NCBI RefSeq assembly: GCF_963921235.1
Contig: NC_086100.1
Coordinates: forward strand, 200,076,001 to 200,140,000
DNA length: 64,000 nucleotides
DNA from: Mobula hypostoma
Taxonomy: Eukaryota
Reading direction: 5' to 3'
The position numbers and the translations under genes are program-made. Positions 47,634 to 58,427 of this stretch are shown here, piece after piece. Under the pieces are notes generated by a model. It saw only the letters and a list, made by a program, of their open reading frames with translations. It was not told the DNA's origin and ran no database searches. Position 1 is the first letter of the stretch. Every line of letters begins with the position of its first letter.

Positions 47634-48928
47634 CCCCTGTGGCCGTTCACATCAATAATAAGTATACCATTCTGGATACTGTTGATGGGCGACCTACCAG
47701 GGACAAGTTGCAGTGGTTGCGTCTCTGGCACCGAGACGGGACCCTCAGCTCAGAAAGGAAGGAGGGAAAAGAGGAGAGCAGTAGTGATAGGGGATTCGAT
47801 AGTTAGGGGGACAGATAAGAGGTTCTGTGGAAGAGATCAAGAATCCCAGATGATCTGTTGCCTCCCTGTTGCCAAGATCCGCGATATCTCGGATCGAGTT
47901 CTTGGTATTCTCAAGAGGGAGGGTGAGCAGCCGGATGTCGTGGACCATGTAGAGACCAATGACGTGGATAGGAAGAGTGAGGAGGTCCTGAAAGGTGAGT
48001 TCAGGGAGTTAGGCACCAACTTAAAGGACAAGACCTCCAGGATAGCAATCTCAGGATTGCTACCAGTGCCACGTGCAGGTGGGTTTAGAAATAGTAAGAT
48101 AGCGCAGATCAACACATGGCTGAAGACATGGTGCAGGAGGGAGGGCTTCAGATTTATAGATAATTGGGCAGTTTTCCAGGGAAGGTGGGACCTGTTCCCG
48201 CGGGACGGTTTACATCTGAAATGGAAGGGGACAAATATTCTTGCAGGTAGGTTTGCTAGAGAGACTCCAGTGGATTTAAACTAGATGCAAGGGGGACGGG
48301 GAACCAAAGTGTAGGAACAGATGTAGGGGAGAAGGAAGAAAAAGGAGATAGTAAAGTTGTTTACACCGTCAGTGATAAACAGAGAGTAAGAGGTGGAAAA
48401 TTTCTTAAGTGCATTTATTTAATGCTAGGAGCATTGTAAGAAATGTGGATGAGCTTAGAGCATGGATTGCTACCTGGAAGTATGATGTTGTAGATATTAG
48501 TGAAACATGGTTGCAGGAGGGGTGTGACTGGCAACTAAATATTCCTGGATTTCGTTGCTTCAGGTGTGATAGAATCGGAGGGACAAGAGGGGGAGGTGTT
48601 GCATTGCTTGTCAGAGAAAATATTACAGCGGTGCTCTGGCAGGATGGATTATAGGGCTCATCTAGGGAGGCTATTTGGGTGGAATTTACGAATGGGAAAG
48701 GTGTAGTAACACTTATAGGGGTGTATTATAGACCACCTAATGGGAAGCGAGAATTGGAGGAGCAAATTTGTAAGGAGATCGCAGATATTTGTAGTAAGCA
48801 CAAGGTTGTGATTATGGGAGATTTTAATTTTCCACATATAGACTGGGAAGCCTATACTGTAAAAGGGCCACACATCAAAGTTGCTGGTTGAACGCAGCAG
48901 GCCAAGCAGCATCTATAGGAAGAGGCGC

Positions 48929-48964
48929 AGTCGACGTTTCAGGCCGAGACCCTTCGTCAGGACT
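48929..48964 (-). ncRNA. Minimal type I hammerhead ribozyme motif
   Basis: Exact reverse complement of 48987-49022. Confidence 0.72.
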
Positions 48965-48986
48965 AACTGAAGGACTTCCTTCAGTT

Positions 48987-49022
48987 AGTCCTGACGAAGG
49001 GTCTCGGCCTGAAACGTCGACT
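48987..49022 (+). ncRNA. Minimal type I hammerhead ribozyme motif
   Basis: Stem I AGUC(48987-90)/GACU(49019-22), CUGACGA at 48991-97, stem II AGG/CCU, GAAAC at 49011-15, GUC cleavage triplet at 49016-18. Stem III is the self-complementary ACGU with no loop (dimer-type). Confidence 0.72.
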
Positions 49023-50909
49023 GCGCCTCTTCCTATAGATGCTGCTTGGCCTGCTGCGTTCAACCAGCAACTTTGATGTGTGTTGCTTGAATTTCCAGCA
49101 TCTGCAGAATTCCTGCTGTTTACTGTAAAAGGGCCGGATGGTTTGGAGTTTGTAAAGTGTGTGTAGGATAGTTTTTTGCAGCAATACATAGAGGCACTAA
49201 CTGGAGAAGGGGCAGTGCTGGATCTCCTGTTAGGGAATGAGATAGGGCAGGTGATGGAGGTATGTGTTGGGGAGCACTTCAGGTCCAGTGATCACAATAC
49301 CAATAGTTTCAATATAATTATGGAGAAGGATAGGTCTGGACCCAGGGTCGAGATTTTTGACTGGAGAAAGACTAACTTGAAGGAGATGCGAAAGGATTTA
49401 GAAGGAGTGAATTGGGACAAATTGTTTTATGAGAAGGATGTAATAGAGAAATGGAGGTCATTTAAAGGTGAAATTCTGAGGGTACAGAATCTTTATGTTC
49501 CTGTTAAGTGAAAAGGAAAGGTTAAAAGTTTGAGAGAGCCATGGTTTTCAAGGGATATTGGAAACTTGGTTTGGGAAAAGAGAGATATCTACAATAAATA
49601 ATGGCAGCATGGAGTAAATGAGATGCTTGAGGAATATAAAGAATGTAAAATGAATCTTAAGAAAGAAATTAGAAAAGCTAAAAGAAGATACGAGGTTGCT
49701 TTAGCAAGTAAGGTGAAAATAAATCCAAAGGGTTTCTACAGTTATATTAATAGCAAAAGGATAGTGAGGGATAAAATTGGTCCCTTAGAGAATGAGAGTG
49801 GACAGCTATATGTGGAATCAAAGGAGGTGGGGGAGATTTTGAACAATTTCTTTTCTTCAGTATTCACTAAGGAGAAGGATATTAAATTGTGTAAGGTAAG
49901 GGAAACAGGTAGGGTAGTTATGGAAACTATGATGATTAAAGAAGAAGAAGTACTGGAGCTTTTAAGGAATATAAAAGTGGATAAGCCTCTGGGTTCCCTC
50001 GGACCTTGAGGGAAGTCAGTGTAGAAATAGCAGGGGTTCTGAGGGAAATATTTCAAATGTCATTAGAAACAGGGATGGTGCCGGAGGATTGGCGTATTGC
50101 TCATGTTGTTCCATTGTTTAACAAGGGTTCTAAGAGTAAACCTGGCAATTATCGGCCTGTAAGTTTGACGTCAGTGGTGGGTAAATTAATGGAAAGTATT
50201 CTTAGAGATGGTATATACAATTATCTGGATAGACAGGGTCTGATTAGGAATCGTCAACATGGATTTGTGTGTGGAAGTTCATGTTTGACAAATCTTACTG
50301 CATTTTTTGAAGAGGTTACTTGGAAAGTTGACGAGGGTAAAGTGGTGGATGTTGTCTATATGGACTTCAGTAAGGTCTTTGTTAAGGTTCCACATGGAAG
50401 GTTCGTTAGGAAGGTTCAATCATTTGGCATTAATATTAAAGTAGTAAAATGGATTCAACAGTGGCTGGATGAAAGACGCCAGAGAGTAGTGGAGGATAAC
50501 TGTTTGTCAGGTTGGAGGCCGGTGACTAGTGGTGTGCCTCAGGGATCTGTACTGGGTCCAATGTTGTTTGTCATATACATTAATGATCTGGATGATGGGG
50601 TGGTAAATTGGATTAGTAAGTATGCAGATGATACTAAGATAGGTGGCGTTGTGGATAATGAAGTAGGTTTTCAAAGCTTGCAGAAAGATTTAGGCCAGTT
50701 AGAAGAGTGGGCTGAAAGATGGCAAATGGAGTTTAATGCTGTTAAGTGCGAGGTGCTACATTTTGGTGGGACTAATCAAAATAGGACATACATCGTAAAT
50801 GGTAGGGCATTGAAGGATGCAGTAGAACAGAGGGATCTAGGAATAATGGTGCATAGTTCCCTGAAGGTGGAATCTCATGTGACTAGGGTAGTGAAGAAAG
50901 CTTTTGGTA

Positions 50910-51769
50910 TGTTACATGCTCAAGGAGATCTGGTTTTTTTTGTGAGAATGATGTAATGGTCTTTTGGAGGTCACCTGATGTGATTTTCCCCCCGATGTGA
51001 GGTCACGTGATGACATGAGCACATGGGTATATATAGGTCGACCCAGGTGACGCAGTAGGAGTTTTTGAGTTTGTAGATTTCCAGGTAGAACGTGTTGTGT
51101 CTCCGTTTCTGTTGTGTGTTCGTTTTTGTGACGCAGTTTCATTTTTAAAACGGAGTATTGCGTTCTATTGCAAGATACCATATTATTGGACTGGAAATTT
51201 TTGCGAGATGTGTTGATTTACCCAATTCCAACAGTAGAAGGGAGAGTGAAGAATTGATCGATGTACAGGACTGAAGGATTGAGAGGAGTCGGCATCGTTT
51301 GGCAGTTTAACAAAGGATCGACCTCATTGAGTCTTCGTTGGCAGAATAGAAACCTGCATCGAGGATAACTCTTGCCAAAAACATCAATGAGTTCATGCAA
51401 AGGTTTGCTCTTTCTAAAAGAATTTAAGGTCAGTTGTTTTAAACTGTTTATTTTCGGCATCGTGAATCCTGTGGACAGAACCAGCAGGAAAATCGCGTCT
51501 GTGAAGAAATCCTTCTCCAGAGAAGTCTCTCCCAATTGAACGTATAAATCTGTTGGACTTTCGAATTTATCACTTTAAGAACTGTTTTCGCATTTAACGC
51601 TTTAAGAGCCAGTGCTGAGTGACGAGTTGGTGAACGGCTGCATATCAGTTCACTTCCGGTTAAAGTTTTCATTTGTTTTTACCTTATCGTTTATCCATGT
51701 TTAATAAATGTTTGGTTGTTTTTATATAACCTGTCTCGATTGAGATTCATTGTTGCCGGTTACGTAACA
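50910..51769 (+). repeat. 5' LTR
   Basis: Direct repeat of 56105-56991 with scattered substitutions and indels. Confidence 0.92.
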
Positions 51770-51776
51770 TAATTTG

Positions 51777-51794
51777 TGGGGGCTCGCAGGTGAT
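51777..51794 (+). promoter_or_regulatory. Primer-binding site, tRNA-Pro type, partly degenerate
   Basis: TGGGGGCTCG (51777-51786) matches the first 10 nt of the canonical tRNA-Pro PBS TGGGGGCTCGTCCGGGAT and starts after a 7-nt gap from the 5' LTR. Confidence 0.7.
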
Positions 51795-51901
51795 GTTCCG
51801 ATTTTGAGTTTAAGTACTGGTAATTGCCATTTTGGTTTGGGAAAGGGAACTATCCGATTTTTTTTTTGGTTTGATTGGCGTGTTTATTGTATTCAGCAAC
51901 A

Positions 51902-54900
51902 ATGCATATTGACGGGTTTATGGAGACGCCTGACTCGGGGTCTTTAGAGAATGTGAGAAAACCTGAGGTATTAGAGGTTGCTAGGAAGTTGGATATTAAA
52001 GGAATTACGAGAAATTCCACCAAGGCATTCATACAAAGAAAAATTGCTGAACATTATATTAATTTGGAATTATTTGATGAGGAGGTGTTAGATAAGTTTC
52101 CAATGAGGAATCTGGAAATGCAGTTACATCTTGAACAAATAAACTTAAAGCAATTAGAAGCTGATTTGGGAAAGAGTCGGTTAGAAGCTGTAAATAAACA
52201 GAAGGAATTCGAGGCTATGGAGGCTATTAAATTATGGGAATTTAAAGAAAGAGAAGCTGAAAACCAGAGGAAATTCAAGATAGAGATGCAGAAATTAAAG
52301 TCCAGGAGTCAGTCTTCTGGTTCTACGAAACGGCTTATTGCTCGTCATGAGGTTATTTTGGCTCCTCCATTTAATGAAGCTGATGTGGACACATATTTCC
52401 AACATTTTGAAATAGTTGCTTGAGTTTAAAGTGGCCGAAGGACTAATTGCCAGTGATGTTACAAAGTGTAATTAAAGGCAAGGCACAACAAGGTTATACA
52501 GCTTTAAATGCTGAGCAAGCACGGGATTATGATATTGTTAAGCAGAATATATTAAAGGCATGTGAGATGGTTCCGGAAGCGTATAAAGAAAGATTTAGAA
52601 GTTTGAAGAAATCAGTGGAAAAAAACTTATGTGGAATTTGCCTACGAGAAATCTGTGTTTTTTGAGAGATGGGTTTCCTCTAAAAATGTGAATGGGGAGT
52701 ATAATAAATTAAAAGAGCTGATTTTAAAAGAGGAATTTAAAAGAAGCGTTCCTGTTGAAGTGAGAACATACTTAAATGAACAGGACACTGCTACATTGCA
52801 GGAGATTTCTAAATTGGCTGATGAGTATGTTTTAATTCACAAGAATAAATTTTCTCCAGGTAAAATTTTTAAAAGGAAAAATAGCCCAGAGAGTCCAGGT
52901 AAACCAGAAATTAAATCTGAAGTTCGTGAGAAAAGTAAGGATGAAGGGAGACATGTGAAGGAAAGGCATTTTGGTATTATTTGTAATTATTGTAAGAAAC
53001 CTGGACATGTAGTTGCTAATTGCTTCCAATTGAAAAGGAAAGAGAAAGAAGTGGTCCCAGATGCTTTTGTGCAGCATATTGAAAAGCCTGTAAAGCCACA
53101 GGGGTTAGAAAATGCTAATGAAGATGTGTCAGAGTCTGACCAAGTTAAGAAGGGATATGAAGCTTTTATAACAGAAGGATTTGTATCCTTGAAAGAGGGA
53201 TCCAATTCAGTACCGATAAGAATACTTAGAGATACTGGAACTCCGCAATCACTAATATTAGACAATGTGCTAAGGTTTAGTGATGAGTTTGACATTTGTG
53301 AGGTAAATTATGTAGGAGGGGTAGGGAGTGCCCTTATGCCAGTACATTTACATCAAGTAAATTTAAGGTCCGGATTAGTTACAGGGGTTGTTATAGTCGG
53401 ATTACAATCTAGTTTACCTGTGAATGATGTTTCTCTTTTGTTAGGGAATGATTTAGCAGGTGGACAAGTTTTTCCTGAAGTGCATTTGACAATAAATTCA
53501 AATTCTGAGGAACCACGGGGGGGGGGGGGGATTCTAACACAGACTCTTCATGTGTAGTAACAAGAGCTATGGCTAAAAATACTGATGTAAAGGATGAGGT
53601 TGTTACCCATGACAGTTCAAATCATGAATCGAGTTTAAAGGATGTATCAGAAACTTTCTTACCTACCTTATTTGATCAGGATTTTGATGATAAGTCTGAT
53701 CAGGAAGATTTATCTTTATCTCGGAAGGAGATGATAGCAGAGCAGGGTAGAGATCCTGAAATAGTTAAATTAAAAGAACAAGCTCTTCTTGATAGTGAAA
53801 TTGAAATTGGATATTATTTTGAAAAGGGGGTATTAATGAGAAATGAATGGGAAGTTAATCATCAGGTAGTAGTTCCTAAAATTTACCGAAATGAGATTTT
53901 AATTATGGCTCATAGTATTCCTTTGGGTGGTCATGTAGGTGTAAAGAAAACTATGAACAAAGTTTCTTTGTTTTTGGCCTAGTTTAAGACAAGATGTGGC
54001 AACATTTTGTAGAATGTGTCATATGTGTCAAATTGTGGGTAAACCTAATCAAGTTACTCCAGTGGCCCCACTGCAACCAATTCCAGTATTTGGTGAGCCA
54101 TTCTCAAAAACCATTGTAAACTGCGTAGGTCCGTTGCCAAAAACTAAAACTGGACATCAATATTTATTAACTATTATGTGCACAGCGTGTAGGTTTCCAG
54201 AGGCAGTACCTCTTAGGAATATAACAGCCAAAACTGTGACAAAAGCTCTTATAAAATTCTTTACTTATTTTGGGTTGCCTAAGGAAATACAATCAGATCA
54301 AGGTAGTAATTTTATGTCTGGGTTGTTTCAGCAGATAGTTTATAAACCGGGAGCAAAGCAGATTATTTCCTCAGCCTATCATCCAGAATCACAAGGTGCC
54401 TTGGAGAGATTTAATATGGTAATATTGTGTGGAAAATGAAAAGGACTGGGATGAAGGTATACATTTACTACTTTTAGCAGTAAGGGAGACAGTACAGGAA
54501 TCATTAGGTTTTAGTCCTTTTGAACTTGTGTTTGGGCATAGAGTTTGAAGACCTTTGGCCTTGTTGAAGGAACAGTGAATTAATAAAGAAGTACACACTA
54601 ATTTGCTAGATTATGTTTTGAAATTTAAGGAAAGATTGTATAAAGCTTGTAGCTCGGCCAAGGAAAATATACAGTTAACTCAAGAGAAGGTGAAGACGTT
54701 GTATGATAAGGAAGCTAGGATGAGGTCATTTAAGCCTGGAGATAAGGTGTTGGTTCTTTTCCCAGTGCAAATGAACCCATTGCAAGTCAAATTCCATGGT
54801 CCTTATGAGATTAAATGTAAGGTAAATGATGTAGATTATGTGGTAAAAACCCCAGATCGGAGAAAGACAACACAGCTGTGTCATATAAATATGATAAAAC

Positions 54901-55910
54901 TGTATTATGAGAGAGAAGCTGCTACTATGACTGTTGTGATCAATAATGAGTCTGATCTTGATGTGAACTTAATAGGAGATTCATCCGACACTCATTTTAA
55001 ACCCAACATTATTTCAGCCAGATTACCAAATTCAAAAATTCTGGAAAATATTGATGGAAAATTAGCTCATTTACAGCCAGAGTAGAGAGAGCAGATGAAA
55101 CAGTTAATTTTTAAATATAGAGATTTATTTCCAGACATCCCTAGAAGAACCACTGTAGCTACACATGATGTAGATGTTGGAGATGCAAAACCCATAAAAC
55201 AACATCTGTATCAAATGAACAGGGAAAAATGTGAACTTGCTGAACAAGAAATTAAGTATATGCTAGAGAATGATATTATTAGACATTCTAATTCGAATTG
55301 GAGTTCACCGTGTGTTATGGTGCCTAAGCCAGACAATAGTATTAGGTTTTGTACGGATTACAGAAAGGTGAATGCTGTGACAAAAACTGATACACATCCA
55401 ATCCCTAGGGTAGAAGATTGTGTGGATAAAGTTGGACAGGCCAAATTCCTTACAAAAAAATTATTTGTTGAAAGGTTATTGGTGTGTTCCATTGACGGAT
55501 AGAGGTAGAGAGATTTCAGTATTTGTAACCCCATCTGGGTTATATGAATATAATGTCCTTCCATTTGGGATGAAGAATGCACCAGGTACTTTTCAGAGGA
55601 TGATTAATAGCGTGATTCAGGGATTAAAAGATACAGATGTCTATATTGATGATTTAGTTACAGGGAATAATACATGGAAACCACATATTACGGCGGTGGA
55701 GAAATTATTTGAGAGACTTTCAAAAGTTAACTTAACTATTAACTTAGCTGAAAGTGAATTTGGTCATGCCACTGTGACTGTTAAGGAAAAGGATTAAGGA
55801 AATTAGACTCCAGTTTAATAATACAGTCTAATGTTACAGGATTACAATATTTTGATCACCCATATTAAGGTAAGGATAATGTGATCGCTGATTGTCTGTC
55901 TGGATGTTAA
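51902..55910 (+). pseudogene. gag-pol pseudogene of the Gmr1-like element
   Basis: Gag with KELILKEEFKRSVPVEVRTYL and a CNYCKKPGHVVANC knuckle; protease LRDTG; integrase H-x6-H...CxxCxxC, SDQGSNF and PESQGALE; RT WSSP, RFCTDYRKVN, PFGMKNAP and YIDD. Most of RNase H is deleted after about 55780. Confidence 0.9.
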
Positions 55911-56104
55911 ATGTACAATGAAAAGCTGTGTTTTTTGGAGTGATATTTTAACATTTGTAACACTCCTACTGTACATTAGTTTGTAAAGGGCTGAAAGATA
56001 AGATTGTATATATTGTGTATTTTGTAAATATTATACCTTTGAATTTTTTTGTATAAATTGTTAAAATTTTGTTCTTTAAGAGACCAATTTTTTTTGGAGG
56101 GAGG

Positions 56105-56991
56105 TGTTACATGCTCAAGGAGATCTGTTTTTTTTGTGAGAATGATGTAATGGTCTTTTGGAGGTCACCTGATGTGATTTTCCTGCCGATGTGAGGTCAC
56201 GTGATGACATGAGCACATGGGTATATAAAGGTCGACCCAGGTGACGCAGTAGGGGTTTTTAGTTTGCAGAATTCCAGGTAGAACGTGCTGTGTCTCCGTT
56301 TCTGTTGTGTGTTTGTTTTTGTGACGCAGTTTCATTTTTAAAACGGAGTATTGCGTTCTATTACAAGATACCATATTATTGGACTGGAAATTTTTGCTAG
56401 ATGTGTTGATTTACCCAATTCCAACAGTAGAAGGGAGAGTGAAGAATTTATCAAAGCACAGGACCCGAAAGATCGAGAGGAGTCGGCATCGTTCAGCAGT
56501 TTAATAAAGGATCGACCTTATTGAGTCTTTGCTGGTGGAGTAGCGACCTGCATCAAGGATAACTCTTGCCAAAAAGAGCAAGGAGTTCATGCAAAGCTTT
56601 GCTCTCTCTCTAAAAGAACTTAAGGTCGGTTGTTTTAAACTGTTTATTTTCGGCATCATGAACCCTGTGGACAGAACTAACAGGAAAGTCTCGTCTGTGA
56701 AGAAATCCTTCTCCAGAGAAGTCTTGCCCAATTGAACATATAAATCTGTTGGACTTTCGAATTCATCGCTTTAATACTATATCTGACGTTATCGATTTAA
56801 CAACTGTTTTTGCATTTAATGCTTTAAGAATCAGTGGCGAGTGACGAGTTGGTGAACGGCTGCATGGTGGTTAACTTCTGGTTAAAGTTTTCGTTTGTTT
56901 TTACCTTATCGTTTATCCGTGTTTAATAAATGTTTGGTTGTTTTTATATAACCTGTCTCGATTGATATTCATTGTTGCCATTTACGTAACA
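56105..56991 (+). repeat. 3' LTR, preceded by polypurine tract GGAGGGAGG (56096-56104)
   Basis: Direct repeat of the 5' LTR. Confidence 0.92.
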
Positions 56992-57606
56992 GGTATGCTG
57001 GCCTTTATAAATCAGAGCATTGAGTATATGAGTTGCAATGTAATGTTAAAAGTGTACAAGGCATTGGTGAGGCCAAATTTGGAGTATTGTGTACAGTCCT
57101 GGTCACCAAATTATAGGAAAGATGTTAACAAAATAATGAGAGTACAGAGAAGATAATGTTACCTGTGTTTCAGCACCTATGTTACAGAGAAAGGTTGAAA
57201 AAGTTGGGTCTTTATTCCTTGGAGTGTAGAAGGTTGAGGGGGGACTTGATAGAGGTATTTAAAATTATGAGGGGGAATAGATAGACTTGACGTGGATAGG
57301 CTTTTTCCATTGAGGAGATTCAAACAAGAGGACATGAGCTGAGAGGGGGCAAAATTTAGGGGTAACACGAGGGGCACTTCTTTACTCAGAGTGTGGTAGC
57401 TGTGTGGAACGAGCTTCCAGTAGAAGTGGTAGAGACAGGGTCGATATTGTCATTTAAAGTAAAATTGGACAGCTATATGGACAGGAAAGGAATGAAGGGT
57501 TATGGGCTGAGTGCAGGTTGGTGGGACTAGGTGAGAGTAAGCATTTGGCACGGACTAGAAGGGCCGAGATGGTCTGTTTCCGTGCTGTAATTGTTATATG
57601 GTTATA

Positions 57607-58010
57607 AAGGCTCAGCATTATCTCCTTGTTTTTACATTCTATTCCCATTGAAATAAATGTCAACATTGCATTTGCCTTCCTTACCACAGACTCAATCTGT
57701 AAATTAACCTTCTGGGAGTCTTGCACGAGGACTCCCAAGTCCCTCTGCACCCGTGATGTTTGAACCTTCTCCCAATTTAGATAATAGTCTGCACTATTGT
57801 TCTTTTTACCAAAAGGAATTATCATACATTTCCTAACACTGTATTCCACCTGCCACATTTTTAGCTCATCCTTCCAATTTGTCTAAGTCCTGCTGCAATC
57901 ACATTGCTTCCTCAGCACGACCTACCCCTCCACCTATCTTCGTATCATCCGCAAACTTTGCCACAAAGCCATCAATTCCATTATCTAAATCATTGACAAA
58001 CAATGTGGCC
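57607..58010 (-). mobile_element. CR1 RT fragment
   Basis: KFADDTKIGG on the minus strand; QRDLGVLV...KANAML. Confidence 0.8.
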
Positions 58011-58427
58011 CAGGTGACTTATCCACCCGAAGACCTTAGAGTTTGTATAACACTTTTTCACAGTGCATTGAGGTAGATCAATGTAAAACAATAACTGAAT
58101 GCAGAACACACATTTGATTGTATTTCCAGCATCTGCAGATTTTCTCTTGTTTGTCACTGAATGCAGAATAAAGTGTAACAGCTACAGAGAAAGTGCATTG
58201 TAGATAAATAAAGGGCAAGATCGTAACGAGGCAGATTTAATTCCAGTCTACCCATTCAGCATTCCAGACTTGAGCACAGTTACAGAGTCACAGTGATATC
58301 TGGGCCCAGAACAACAAAGAGTCATTTCCACAGGTACAAGTTCTGAAACGTTGACCTTTTGTGAACACAGCAAGGTCACCGCAGTCTGAGAGAGATCTTA
58401 AATAAATATTACTCATCGGTATAGATC

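Larger units (their letters stand above)
48870..49120. mobile_element. PLE-derived fold-back element, 251 bp, with an essentially perfect hairpin of about 105 bp
   Basis: 48870-48974 is the reverse complement of 48977-49081. 15-bp TSD TACTGTAAAAGGGCC at 48855-48869 and 49121-49135. Confidence 0.88.
50910..56991 (+). mobile_element. Gmr1-like Ty3/Gypsy LTR retrotransposon with both LTRs, decayed
   Basis: LTRs at 50910-51769 and 56105-56991 (TGTTAC...GTAACA), TSD GGTA at 50906-50909 and 56992-56995, a PBS and a PPT. Domain order is gag-PR-INT-RT-(RH remnant). Confidence 0.93.
46800..57606 (+). mobile_element. Older full-length CR1 (second subfamily), decayed, hosting three nested insertions
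   Basis: ORF1 remnants at about 47005-48284 (GDSIVRG, DGLHL). ORF2 remnants at 48285-50909 (NARS, YRPP, GDFN, YADD) resume at 56992 (GMLAFINQ...RPNLEYC). 3' tail at about 57590-57606. Confidence 0.9.

Noticed and set aside
48875..49189. Overlapping sense/antisense ORFs with identical peptides (NAAGQAASIGRG...)
   Set aside because: They are an artefact of the palindromic PLE-derived insertion.
53517..53530. G14 run as a recoding or G-quadruplex signal in the Gmr1 pol
   Set aside because: The homologous position in the related element (about 41130-41145) has no such run. It is most likely a homopolymer expansion or sequencing error.
58059..58096. V(D)J recombination signal (CACAGTG, 22-nt spacer, ACAATAACT)
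   Set aside because: The nonamer is imperfect and no V, D or J coding segment is adjacent. The surrounding text looks like a common retroelement 3' region. CACAGTG at about 23213 and 58289 also lack nonamers.
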